DNA from: Nanobdellota archaeon
GTDB taxonomy: Archaea; Nanobdellota; Nanobdellia; Woesearchaeales; JBHPFW01
Assembly (NCBI GenBank): GCA_042571645.1
Contig: JBHPFW010000005.1
Coordinates: forward strand, 1,536-65,535
Reading direction: 5' to 3'
Length of the DNA stretch: 64,000 bases
Position 1 is the stretch's first letter. Every line of letters begins with the position of its first letter. A program made the translations under genes and the position numbers. The notes beneath the pieces were generated by a model, which did no database searches, was not told the origin of the DNA, and was given only the letters and a program-made list of their open reading frames with translations. This document shows positions 26,913 through 36,461 of the stretch, piece by piece.

Positions 26913-27746
26913 ATGGCAAAAAAAAAGATTGACCTGGCAACATTTAAAGCAATGCAACAACCCACAGCAGCAGATTTCTTTGACGGCCAGCCAGAGGATA
27001 GTCCTTTTGCAAAACTAAAAGTTCTTATGACTTATCTTAATATGAGTCCTAAACTTAAAGGGGGAAAATCTCATGTAGATTATGGCAAAATTGTTCTTGA
27101 TGGTATCGGAGAACAAAGAGGAGATACAGAATCAGAAAGATATGTTGATAGATTTAATGATCTCAGTATTCTTTGCATGCCTTCTAAAGTTGGTCCTGTA
27201 GTTGCTTTAATTTCTGCAGTATTAGGTATGAAACCATATCAAGTTTGTGATAGTGAAGAGAATGCAGAAACTCTTTTAGAAACTATTGCTGAACTTTCTA
27301 CTTTTGGAATCATAGAACCAGATTCAATTGCAATTGCATATGGCGGTGGTTTAGATCTAGAACTACTTAAAAAAATGGGTGAAATAAACCCTCCTTATAT
27401 TAATGAATTGATGCCAACCCCTCAAGACAGAGTTGTTGGTGGTAGAGTTGGTAATTTTGATCCTAGAACACTTGACCAATTTGGAATTGGTTTTGATAGA
27501 TTTGATTATGTATTTTTAGATGAACAGGGCAGTGTTAATCAAGCTTCAGCAATTGCTTATTTTGCAACACAAGCAAAACCTGGTGCTGGTCTTATTGTTA
27601 CAGGAAAAGATCATGTTGCAAAACTTGCTGATTGGGCCAATGGCCATCCTAGTTTAAGGCCGGGTGAAACAAGATATACTGGCACAGAAGCTCAGCCTGG
27701 AATTTCTTATAAAATTATAGAGAAACTTGATTTGACTTCAGATTAA
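26913..27746 (+). CDS. hypothetical protein
   Basis: 277-aa ORF with upstream TTTATAAA; no family recognised. Confidence 0.6.
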   Translation: MAKKKIDLATFKAMQQPTAADFFDGQPEDSPFAKLKVLMTYLNMSPKLKGGKSHVDYGKIVLDGIGEQRGDTESERYVDRFNDLSILCMPSKVGPVVALISAVLGMKPYQVCDSEENAETLLETIAELSTFGIIEPDSIAIAYGGGLDLELLKKMGEINPPYINELMPTPQDRVVGGRVGNFDPRTLDQFGIGFDRFDYVFLDEQGSVNQASAIAYFATQAKPGAGLIVTGKDHVAKLADWANGHPSLRPGETRYTGTEAQPGISYKIIEKLDLTSD

Positions 27747-28135
27747 TTTTCTCTTTTCTCATTATCCTGCATTTGGTCATAATTACAATGACAATAGGTC
27801 TTAGAAGGTCGAAAAAATGATGCCTTTAGTGTTATTGTTTTAGACGGAATAGTTGCAGCATATGGACATATATTCTTATTAAACCAATCTTTATCCCAAT
27901 ATCTCGAGCTATATCTGCAAATGCCAGGTATTCTTCCTCTGTCAGTTACCAACTCTACTTGATGGCATAACCCATTACTCCTGATATAATCATAAGCATA
28001 TCTAATATAATCATGGGATGCAGTGATTGTTTTTTTTACTGTACGGGTGCCAGCACCTCCCAAAGCCAAAACTAAATCTGCCAAGCAATTGATTAAATTG
28101 TCGCTTTGACCTCTGTAATAATTTTTTTGAGACAT
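27743..28135 (-). CDS. hypothetical Cys-containing protein
   Basis: 130-aa ORF with upstream TATA; no family recognised. Confidence 0.5.
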   Translation of the reverse strand: MSQKNYYRGQSDNLINCLADLVLALGGAGTRTVKKTITASHDYIRYAYDYIRSNGLCHQVELVTDRGRIPGICRYSSRYWDKDWFNKNICPYAATIPSKTITLKASFFRPSKTYCHCNYDQMQDNEKREN

Positions 28136-28205
28136 CTTAGATCAAATATGTGAATTTTTGAATATTATATAAACCTGTTGGAAAAGGTTTTTAAATCCAA
28201 AAAAC

Positions 28206-29795
28206 TCAGAGAATCTTAAAATCCACACAAATTCTAAAAACTCTTGGAGAAAACTGCCCGCACTTCACTAGATCAAGAATTTTATATTTCACATTATTCC
28301 TCTTGCAAGCTTTTTTTACTTTTTCCTTGGCAAGATTGAATTCGTCTTCTGCTAAGAAATCATAGAAATGTATTATTGTACCTTTTTTTGCAGCTAATAA
28401 AGCTGTATCAAGAAAATCCTCTGCTGATTTTGGTAGGGGCATTAGTATTCTGTCAAACTTCTTTATATTATGTTCAACTTTGAAATAACTCTTAATCATT
28501 TCTTTTGCTTTTTTCTCATCCTTGTTTCTAACTTCAACAACACCTAAATTAACATAAGGCAAAATCTTTGAGAAATCTATAGAACCTTTACCAATTTCAC
28601 AAGTATGAGCTTTATTATTATGATCGGCAATATGAAAATAAGTATTGAAATTCTTTCTTATTTCTTTAATATGGTCTTCAATTTTATTATTGTTCTTATA
28701 CAATATGAATAAATGAGCAGTATCAATACAAATGTTCTTAATTCCCGCTTTTTTGCCTATTCTGACTATGTCTTCTGTTCTTGAAAAAAGACCGTCAATA
28801 ACATTCTCAAAATAAAAATAGTCATAATACTTACTTAATTTCATAATATTCTCAACTAAGATATCTTCATAATTCTTTGAATCGGAATCAGAGGCGGGAT
28901 GCACAATAGCTTTAATATGATATTGTTTGCATAAAGACCCCAAAATATTAAACATTCTAAGCTCTTCAGCTATATTCTCTTTAGCAAGATTATATTTTTC
29001 TCCATTCTTTTTATGAAATGGCATGTGAAGAACAACTTGTATTCCTTTAGCCTGTAAATCCTGAATTGCATTTTCTAACTTATCAATCCCCTCAAAAAGA
29101 TCATTATCAAAAAGATGTATCTCCATTATTACTGGATGATTCAATAACCTTGTTTTTAGTTGTTTTTCTGAATCAGAAGATTTTAAACCAATCAAATAAT
29201 GATATATATTAGGAACAACATCATTAACATCTCCATTAATCAGCACAACATTATGAAGTTTATTTAGTTTTAAATTCTGCATAGCATAATTATGTGCATC
29301 AGGATTTATTTCCATACCAAAAACATTCCTTGCTTCTGTATTTTTTGCAATAACACACGTAAAAGGCCCACAGCCTGAAAACATTACTAAAACATCTTCT
29401 CCTGGCTTAACTTGCTGGAATATTCTTTTTCTTTCTGTTGCGGATCTAGAAGAAAAATATGTTTTTTCTAAGTGAAGTTTGATTCTGGCATTGTTTTCTT
29501 TATGTATTGTTTCTTTTGTTCTTTTACCGACAATAATTTTGTATTTCTGCAGCCTGAATTCTCCTTTGTGCTCAGATGCTTTTTTTACAACAGTTTTTAT
29601 TTGCTTGTTAATCTTCAGTATTTCCTCTGCAATTTTCTTTTCTTTTTTTACAAGTTCATCCGGAATCTCCATTATAGCGATACTGCCCACCATATCGTAA
29701 GCAGTTCTGACTATTTCCAGTTCTTTTTTTGTGAGAATTTTGTTTTTTTCTAATGCTTCTTTTAGTTTCATTTTAACCATAACACTATGAATCAA
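28206..29795 (-). CDS. trm5: Trm5/Tyw2-family tRNA methyltransferase with inserted endonuclease IV/xylose isomerase-like TIM barrel
   Basis: YD.VG.IAI, YFSSR..TER, MFSGCGPF and EINP motifs; about 247-aa insert (HMP, HP, FEN, DTAH, HIAD, VEV); then FDRILMPLPK...IHFY. Confidence 0.85.
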   Translation of the reverse strand: MIHSVMVKMKLKEALEKNKILTKKELEIVRTAYDMVGSIAIMEIPDELVKKEKKIAEEILKINKQIKTVVKKASEHKGEFRLQKYKIIVGKRTKETIHKENNARIKLHLEKTYFSSRSATERKRIFQQVKPGEDVLVMFSGCGPFTCVIAKNTEARNVFGMEINPDAHNYAMQNLKLNKLHNVVLINGDVNDVVPNIYHYLIGLKSSDSEKQLKTRLLNHPVIMEIHLFDNDLFEGIDKLENAIQDLQAKGIQVVLHMPFHKKNGEKYNLAKENIAEELRMFNILGSLCKQYHIKAIVHPASDSDSKNYEDILVENIMKLSKYYDYFYFENVIDGLFSRTEDIVRIGKKAGIKNICIDTAHLFILYKNNNKIEDHIKEIRKNFNTYFHIADHNNKAHTCEIGKGSIDFSKILPYVNLGVVEVRNKDEKKAKEMIKSYFKVEHNIKKFDRILMPLPKSAEDFLDTALLAAKKGTIIHFYDFLAEDEFNLAKEKVKKACKRNNVKYKILDLVKCGQFSPRVFRICVDFKIL

Positions 29796-29798
29796 AAA

Positions 29799-30833
29799 TT
29801 AGAAAAATTCACCTAAACCTTTTTGGGAATTCTTGGATTTTTCCTTTTCAATATTCTCTATTGAATCTTCAATTCTTGTTGTTGAGAAATCATGCTCGCT
29901 GCACAGTATCTCCTTAACCCTGTCATTGTTCATTGGTTTCCATACCAAGTCATAATCATTTGTTACTGGCATTTTTGTTATTGTATAATATACTTCAGTC
30001 CAAGGAAAGTCAAAATGATCATCCCATTTCACTTCTTTGAATAAAGCGTCAAGGTCTGCACCGTGTTTCTTGACAAGCTTTAGGGCATTGACAGGTCCAA
30101 CACCCTTTATGCCTCCGATATTGAAATCTGTTCCAACTAACATACCTAATGCAATCAGCTGTGTATGGTCTATGCTCAGATTATTTAGGTTTTCTGAAAG
30201 ACTAACTAATTGCGGTTTTATAGTTTCATATGCGAGTTTGCTTTGTTTTTTTTGGCGTTGTGTAAGTGTAAGGTTCTGAATCATTCTTTCTACTCCAAAC
30301 AACAAACAATCCTGGTCTTGAGATATTTCTGCATATGCGTGTCCGTTTTTAACTATTTGTGCTGCTTGAGCTTCTCCTTCTGACGGTGCTTGTACAATCG
30401 GCATTCCCATTGCTTTAATGAGTTTTTTTGCATCCTCAATCATTTCAGGAGTCATTACTGTTGTTCTGGCTGCGTATTTTTTCATTCCCTCAAAATCTTC
30501 TCTTTGTTTTGCTACTTCATATTCTTCTTTTGCATCTTCTTTCAATCTACGACGTCTTTCTCGTTCCTTTTTCTTCAGATCTGGTGCTTTTCCATCAAAC
30601 ACAAAGGATATTTTCATTCCTTTCTGCATTAACTTAGAAGTCCTGTGAAACAAACCAGAAAGATGAGATGTTACATTGCCTTTTGAATCTGTCAGCAAAC
30701 TCCCATCATATTGTCTTATTGAAGCAAGAAACTGATACAGCATATTCATTGCATCCACTACAAGAATCTTCCCTCTAAGAGATTCAAATGTTATTTCTTT
30801 TTTCACCAAGATGTCTTTTAGTTTTACTCCCAT
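29799..30833 (-). CDS. fen: flap endonuclease 1
   Basis: MGV start, YQFLASIRQ, VFDG, APSEGEAQ, SQD.D and GTDFN motifs; C-terminal PIP box QKGLGEFF. Confidence 0.97.
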   Translation of the reverse strand: MGVKLKDILVKKEITFESLRGKILVVDAMNMLYQFLASIRQYDGSLLTDSKGNVTSHLSGLFHRTSKLMQKGMKISFVFDGKAPDLKKKERERRRRLKEDAKEEYEVAKQREDFEGMKKYAARTTVMTPEMIEDAKKLIKAMGMPIVQAPSEGEAQAAQIVKNGHAYAEISQDQDCLLFGVERMIQNLTLTQRQKKQSKLAYETIKPQLVSLSENLNNLSIDHTQLIALGMLVGTDFNIGGIKGVGPVNALKLVKKHGADLDALFKEVKWDDHFDFPWTEVYYTITKMPVTNDYDLVWKPMNNDRVKEILCSEHDFSTTRIEDSIENIEKEKSKNSQKGLGEFF

Positions 30834-30851
30834 TTTAATTTAATACCTAAC

Positions 30852-31847
30852 TCAACCCAATTTCTTAACAGTCATGTTCTTGAATTCTTTCTCAAGCAGT
30901 TCATTTGCTTTTTTAGTAATATCTCCTAATGTAATAAATAATATTGGTAGTTTTTTCATCTGTCCTTGGATAAATGCTGTGCTTAAATCGCCGTCATTAA
31001 TTTTCTTTTTTGTTTTTGCTTTGCAAAAATACTGAAGTTTCCCAACTGCAGAAGGTACATTTATAACAAAATCTACTTCTGAATTTTTTCTTATTATTGT
31101 TTGTTCTATTATTTCAATCTCATTTCTACTGAAGTATTTTTTTATTCTTCTTGAGAACTCATCATCTGGTTTTTCTTCTTCTTTCTTGATTCTGATTTCT
31201 TCCTGTTGATTTTCAGCTAATTTTGTTTGTGATTCTATTGGTTTTTCTTGTTGAACTTGAATCTCAGAAACAGATTTTGGAATGGATGATTTTTCTTGAA
31301 CAACAGCTGGTTGAGGAGTAACTTGCGGTTGTTCTGGCTGAACTTGGTGAGGAACAGTTTGTGGTTGTTCTGGTTGAGCTTGCGGCTGTTCTGGTTGTTC
31401 CTCTGCAAACCCTAATTTATCTTTAATTATTTTTTCTGCTTCTTCATCAGATGTTTGGTACCATTTCCAAAACAAAGCAGTATGTCCGTAAGCAGTGATC
31501 TCCAAAGGCTTGGAAAAATCTTTTATTGCTCTTAATGCTGCTCTGATTACTGGTTCTTGCTCTTCATCTGCAAGAATCTTTTGTTGCTTTAATCTGTCAA
31601 ATGCTTTTTGTTCTTTTTCATGAAGATATTTGTAAAGCATCTCTAGTTTTGGTTCTTGGCCGTCAACATAATACACTGGGGAACTGCCGAATTTTGCTGA
31701 GGATATTTTTATCTTTTTTTTGTCAACTAATTCAGAAAGCATGGCTCCTGCAATTAAAACACTTGTATCCATCTCTTTATTTATCTGAGCTGGCATCACA
31801 GGGCCTTTTGTTCGGATTATCCTCATTAATTTCTCGTAATGATCCAT
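30852..31847 (-). CDS. hypothetical protein (N-terminal wHTH-like, Q/P-rich linker, C-terminal nuclease-like fold)
   Basis: GPVMP..I, GAMLSEL, GSSPVYY and DF...FCKAK motifs; upstream of fen on the same strand. Confidence 0.6.
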   Translation of the reverse strand: MDHYEKLMRIIRTKGPVMPAQINKEMDTSVLIAGAMLSELVDKKKIKISSAKFGSSPVYYVDGQEPKLEMLYKYLHEKEQKAFDRLKQQKILADEEQEPVIRAALRAIKDFSKPLEITAYGHTALFWKWYQTSDEEAEKIIKDKLGFAEEQPEQPQAQPEQPQTVPHQVQPEQPQVTPQPAVVQEKSSIPKSVSEIQVQQEKPIESQTKLAENQQEEIRIKKEEEKPDDEFSRRIKKYFSRNEIEIIEQTIIRKNSEVDFVINVPSAVGKLQYFCKAKTKKKINDGDLSTAFIQGQMKKLPILFITLGDITKKANELLEKEFKNMTVKKLG

Positions 31848-31977
31848 GGTAAATAATAGCTCTGACTGGGTTTTTATATGTTTTGGGTGGTTATATACCA
31901 AAAAGGCTTATAACGCCACTTTTAAGTAATAATTAAAGCAAGGTTTAAATAATTGTTGATTTCCACCTTATTCTAAA

Positions 31978-33378
31978 ATGGGGAAGGTTTTAAATTTAGA
32001 TCAACTTGCACAGCAAAGAGATATTGCTTATTATGGCTTGAAAGCTGAAGGCTTGGTTAAACTACAAAGAATGATTCCTGATGTTTCTAGAGAATCCGGA
32101 TTAAATTTCCCTATTCTTATTCCTGATATGTTTGCAGTTCCTGTTGATGTACCTTTAGAAAGTTCTGAGATTAGAGAAGCATATTTTAACATGACAAAAA
32201 GTTTTGATAATTTTACTATAGTTCTTGCAAGAAGTTCTGATCCTAATGAAATGCCGGGAATATTTGAAAGCCATTCAAGTTTGTATGATCCAAGAAATCC
32301 TAAACAGAGTTTTCAGAATTGGCTTACTGCTGCAAGAAAAGTGAAAAAATCAGGTGCAAGGGCATTAATTGGCCAAGTATTAGCAGCTGATTATTGTGAA
32401 AATGTAAATGAATTTATCCATAGGTATTATGAAAACAGATCAAAGATTCCTGGTTTTGGAGGAGATGTTACTGGTTTTGTTGGTAATTCAACTAATTTTA
32501 TCTATGGCAATAATGCTGAAATAATTTGTTCTTGGGGCTTGCCTACTAAAGTTATCAGACTAGACAAAGATGTTTGCGAGATTAGAGAACTTCCCAATAC
32601 TTACAGAGAATATATACTCTTTAAAGAAAATCACGATTATAGAACTTCTGGCTTTGCTAGAACAGAACAAGATGCTGTTGATATTATAACATTGGATAAT
32701 CCTGATATAATAAGAACTCTTTCTTATACAAATCATGCAGAATATCCCGATAAAGGAGGTCATTTACCTTTTTCTTCTAAACTTATGGGTAAATTTGATC
32801 CGTGGGATATATTTTCTCTAATTTCTGCTATTAAAAAAAGAACTGAAACTGAAGTAGAGATTGAGGGTCTTGTTAATTATGATGCTCAAACCCGGAAACC
32901 AAGTATATCTATTTTTCAATTAAGAGAATACGAATTGCCACAAAAAGATTTTACAGAATTATCTGAAGTTCCAGAAGAGAAAAGACTTATTCTTGACAAA
33001 ACAGCTCTGGGTTATAAAAGATTTCAAGGTGATTTATATGTTTCGGACAAGGAAATAGAAGTACCAGAAGATGCCATATTCTTCTATAATAAAGGTTACT
33101 TAAAGAAAAATACAATATCACATCCAAAACTAATCATTCCATATCAACAGATTGCTAAGCAAGGAATGCATAATTACGGTTATTTAATTGAAATAATTAA
33201 AGATTTAGAAAACAGAGGTGTAAAGGCTATTGCTATGGACAAAGAAGTTTATTTTTCACTTCCTCGTGTTGAGAATCTTCCTGCAGATAGAATTAAAAAA
33301 ATTGATCCTAGAACTTATATTATAAAAAATGTAACAGTTGAATGTGATGGAACAAATGCACAAATATATTTGAATTAG
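31978..33378 (+). CDS. PEP/pyruvate-binding (PPDK/PEP synthase N-terminal, ATP-grasp) domain protein
   Basis: YGLKAEGL, ARSS..NE.PG.FES, EIEG and FQLR motifs; no pyruvate-binding TIM barrel. Confidence 0.6.
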   Translation: MGKVLNLDQLAQQRDIAYYGLKAEGLVKLQRMIPDVSRESGLNFPILIPDMFAVPVDVPLESSEIREAYFNMTKSFDNFTIVLARSSDPNEMPGIFESHSSLYDPRNPKQSFQNWLTAARKVKKSGARALIGQVLAADYCENVNEFIHRYYENRSKIPGFGGDVTGFVGNSTNFIYGNNAEIICSWGLPTKVIRLDKDVCEIRELPNTYREYILFKENHDYRTSGFARTEQDAVDIITLDNPDIIRTLSYTNHAEYPDKGGHLPFSSKLMGKFDPWDIFSLISAIKKRTETEVEIEGLVNYDAQTRKPSISIFQLREYELPQKDFTELSEVPEEKRLILDKTALGYKRFQGDLYVSDKEIEVPEDAIFFYNKGYLKKNTISHPKLIIPYQQIAKQGMHNYGYLIEIIKDLENRGVKAIAMDKEVYFSLPRVENLPADRIKKIDPRTYIIKNVTVECDGTNAQIYLN

Positions 33379-33381
33379 AAA

Positions 33382-33915
33382 TTATGGCTTTACCCACCTA
33401 ATTTCCCAATAACTCACATCATTCTCGTCATCTACTACACCAACAAGAAGTCTCTTTTTTGTGCTATGGGCTACTCTGTTTTTGGCAGAAAACTCAAACC
33501 AGGTTAGACCAGAAGTTTCTAATACAGGATACAAAATCCATTTTGCATGATCTTCTCCTGGTTTTACACCACGATCATAAATCCTGAAATCTGCACCAAA
33601 CTTTAGTGCAGTTTTGACAATATACCCTCTATTTCTCATATCATTAAGCACACAATACCTTGTCCAAAAATTTGGCTCTAATTTTTTTGCTTTTTTTACA
33701 TATTTTTCAAACTCTATTAACTTGCCACGACCATCAGTCACTTCTAAGCGTCCTTTCTCCATTAGATGCAATGCCTCAATCATTGACATTTGAACACGAC
33801 CATCCTTTAGCATAGTGCCAAATCTGCTTTTATCATAGAATTCTCTAGCAGCATCAGTACTTTCAGTATAGACTCTATTATCAATCAATTGTGCTTGTAC
33901 AGTTTCTTTTGGCAT
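33382..33915 (-). CDS. endA: tRNA-splicing endonuclease
   Basis: EALHL, RGYIVKTALKFGADFRIY, DHAKW and RVAHSTKK (Y-H-K triad). Confidence 0.95.
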   Translation of the reverse strand: MPKETVQAQLIDNRVYTESTDAAREFYDKSRFGTMLKDGRVQMSMIEALHLMEKGRLEVTDGRGKLIEFEKYVKKAKKLEPNFWTRYCVLNDMRNRGYIVKTALKFGADFRIYDRGVKPGEDHAKWILYPVLETSGLTWFEFSAKNRVAHSTKKRLLVGVVDDENDVSYWEIRWVKP

Positions 33916-34033
33916 ATTTAGAAGGATAAGAAGGGGGTATTTAAAGGTTTTTAAAAAGAAAGTAAATAATTACTATATAGAAAATAATTCTTCCTCAAAA
34001 ACCCTTATAAACCTCAGACTACTCCTAAACCCT

Positions 34034-34936
34034 GTGGAACTTACAATCCTGGGCACAGCTGCAATGGTGCCTACTAAAGACAGAAATGTCTCAGCAACTT
34101 ACTTAGACTATAAAGGAGAAGGTATTCTATTTGACTGTGGAGAAGGCTCTCAAAGGCAAATGAACCTAGCAGGTATTAATAGAAATAAAGTCAACAAAAT
34201 TCTATTAACTCACTGGCATGGAGACCATATTGGGGGAATAATCGGCCTATTACAAACCATAAGCAACAAAGAATCAGAAAAAAACATAGAAATTTTCGGA
34301 CCAAAAGAAACTAAAGAACGTTTCAACAATCTAATGAAAGCATCTGTGTTTGATAATCATTTGAAAATAAAAGTTCATGAACTCCCAGATACAAACACTC
34401 CAAAAAAATGTTTTGAAAACAATGATTACATAATAGAATATATCTCCCTGGAACATTCTTGTCCAACAATAGGATTTTCATTTATCGAGAAAGATAAAAT
34501 AAAAATAAACAAAGCATATCTTAAAAAACATAAAATCAGAGACGGTCCCCATCTAAAAAAACTGCAAGAAGGAAAATCTATAACATACAAAGGAGAGAAA
34601 ATTGATGTTAAAGAAGCAGCAACTGTAGTTAAAGGAAGAAAGATAACTTATGCCTTGGACAGTATCCAAACTCTAAATATTGTTCAACTTGCTCAAAATG
34701 CAGATGTCTTGATCTGTGAATCTACTTATCTGAATAAACAAGAAGAAAAAGCAGAACAATACCAGCATCTTACTGCCAAACAAGCTGCTTATATTGCAAC
34801 TCAAGCAAATGCAAAGAAACTTGTCTTGACTCATTTCAGCCAGCGCTATAAAAATAATGAAGAACTTGAAGAAGAAGTTAAATCTGGATTTGATAATTCA
34901 GCATGTGCATATGATCTAATGAAGATGAGAATTTAA
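34034..34936 (+). CDS. rnz: ribonuclease Z
   Basis: LGT...P...RN, FDCGEG, THWHGDH, CESTY and LTHFSQRY motifs. Confidence 0.95.
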   Translation: MELTILGTAAMVPTKDRNVSATYLDYKGEGILFDCGEGSQRQMNLAGINRNKVNKILLTHWHGDHIGGIIGLLQTISNKESEKNIEIFGPKETKERFNNLMKASVFDNHLKIKVHELPDTNTPKKCFENNDYIIEYISLEHSCPTIGFSFIEKDKIKINKAYLKKHKIRDGPHLKKLQEGKSITYKGEKIDVKEAATVVKGRKITYALDSIQTLNIVQLAQNADVLICESTYLNKQEEKAEQYQHLTAKQAAYIATQANAKKLVLTHFSQRYKNNEELEEEVKSGFDNSACAYDLMKMRI

Positions 34937-34998
34937 GAATATTTTTAAATAGCATAGTAAAACATATTAAATATAACATTTCATAGAAGAATAGAAAA

Positions 34999-35544
34999 AT
35001 GAAATTATACAAAATCACCATAATTATCCTTCTTCTTATCAGCTTACTATTACTCTCCTCCTGCATGAATGGAACTAAAGTCATCACAGCAGATGAGAGA
35101 AGAGCTCTTGAAGACCAAGATGCTCAGCAGACTGATTCTCAAGAAGCTGCAGAAACAACAACTCAAGAAGATCCTTCAACAGAAGGTATTGATGTTGTTG
35201 AAACAGAAGATTCATCTGAAGCTGATGAAGCAGTGATAACTGATTTTGAAGATTCTGAAAAAATACTGGATGCTGATGTAGTTCTCCAACTAAGAGAACA
35301 AAAAGGCGATAGAAGAGATTACGGCGCAAGAATTACAGGAAAATTCAGAAATATTGGTAAAGTTGATGCTCCATATGTTCCAGTTTATGCTTATGTCTAC
35401 AAAAATAGTGAGTTTGTTGCAGAGAATAAAAAGATCTATGAACAGGAACTTCCTATTGGAGAAGACCTGTTTTTCTATATTGACATAAACACAACAGAAG
35501 CCTGGACATCATATAAAATTTCCTATAGACCAGCCATGAAATAA
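34999..35544 (+). CDS. lipoprotein with acidic linker and FxLYD-like beta-sandwich domain
   Basis: Signal peptide ending LSSC; ITG..RNIG motif. Confidence 0.65.
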   Translation: MKLYKITIIILLLISLLLLSSCMNGTKVITADERRALEDQDAQQTDSQEAAETTTQEDPSTEGIDVVETEDSSEADEAVITDFEDSEKILDADVVLQLREQKGDRRDYGARITGKFRNIGKVDAPYVPVYAYVYKNSEFVAENKKIYEQELPIGEDLFFYIDINTTEAWTSYKISYRPAMK

Positions 35545-35550
35545 ATTATT

Positions 35551-35961
35551 TTATTTATTAATCTCAACCAATTCCTCAAACAACAATCCTTTTCTTTTTG
35601 CAGAATCTAAGCTGATTACAAAATTTTCTCCTTCTGTTTTATCCAAATCTTCCAAATTCATAAAATACCAACTATTATCATCAACTGACTTATCAAACCT
35701 CACCCCAACCCATGATTCTGTGCCAAAGATCAATGAGAATTCTTTCAATTCCCCAATTTCTTTTTTTGTTAAGTACTGTTTTGCATTTCTTGTGGCTTTA
35801 CATTCTATAGCAAGCTTTCTAATCAGGTTTCCCGCGATTATATCTGGACAGGGATACTTTATAGCGCCAGAGCTTGGAGCTCTCATGCAAGCAAATCCTT
35901 CTGCCCACAACATGTGAATAAGTTCTCTTTCTGCATTTGTGCCTTTTGATTTTTTGTTCAT
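35551..35961 (-). CDS. hjc: archaeal Holliday junction resolvase
   Basis: KG..AEREL, RAPSSG, PDIIAG and IECK motifs. Confidence 0.95.
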   Translation of the reverse strand: MNKKSKGTNAERELIHMLWAEGFACMRAPSSGAIKYPCPDIIAGNLIRKLAIECKATRNAKQYLTKKEIGELKEFSLIFGTESWVGVRFDKSVDDNSWYFMNLEDLDKTEGENFVISLDSAKRKGLLFEELVEINK

Positions 35962-36006
35962 AACCTTATCTTAACACCTTTTCTTTTTAAACATCCCCAC
36001 CAGAAA

Positions 36007-36019
36007 TGTCCAGTGGAGA
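36007..36019 (-). promoter_or_regulatory. palindromic box 3 (TCTCCACTGGACA), 15 bp upstream of TTTAAAAA
   Basis: TATA at 35991-35984; hjc ATG at 35961 is 46 bp from the box end; a GGGG run lies in the spacer. Confidence 0.72.
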
Positions 36020-36216
36020 AAGGTATTTTTGGACTTTTATGAGTCCTTAATCAATTTTAAGGCACTCAGAAAAGAGAAAACAGCATAAAAATCACTTCTT
36101 TTGCATGAAAAAAGCTCAAATAGGCCTCTTTTTGGCCTAAAAACCGAAATATTTATATATAAAGCTGTTTCCCTTATTTTTAAAGAACAATCATAAATAA
36201 TGGGGGGTTAAACAAA

Positions 36217-36435
36217 ATGACCGCACAACAATCAAAGAGACTATTGCCTTTAGCAGCAATGGAAAAAATTCTTAAAAACGCTGGTGCAGACAGAGTATCA
36301 GACAAAGCAAAAGAAGCTCTCAAAGAAATAGTTGAGGACATTGCTCAAGAAATTGCAGAATCAGCGGTTAGATATGCTAATCACGCTGGCAGAAAAACCG
36401 TCAAAGGCGGAGATATTAAGTTAGCTTCTAAATAA
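36217..36435 (+). CDS. archaeal histone (HMf family)
   Basis: [18 protein letters not shown] and [11 protein letters not shown] motifs; TTTATATA promoter and G-rich SD. Confidence 0.95.
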   Translation: MTAQQSKRLLPLAAMEKILKNAGADRVSDKAKEALKEIVEDIAQEIAESAVRYANHAGRKTVKGGDIKLASK

Positions 36436-36461
36436 ATATATAATAATTTTAAATTTTTTAA

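Noticed and set aside
28464-29204. Trm5 insert as an intein
   Set aside because: There is an HN dipeptide near the downstream junction, but it is followed by Ile rather than C/S/T. There is no N-terminal Cys/Ser block or LAGLIDADG/HINT motif, and the insert has TIM-barrel metal motifs.
31860-31910. A fifth regulon box upstream of the fen operon
   Set aside because: The sequence at the expected spacing (tatacca-aaaagg) lacks the invariant TGGACA half-site.
35962-36216. Replication origin based on the ORB-like box
   Set aside because: Only one box per intergenic region, no adjacent cdc6 and no paired inverted ORBs around an unwinding element; the fixed spacing to TATA argues for a promoter role.
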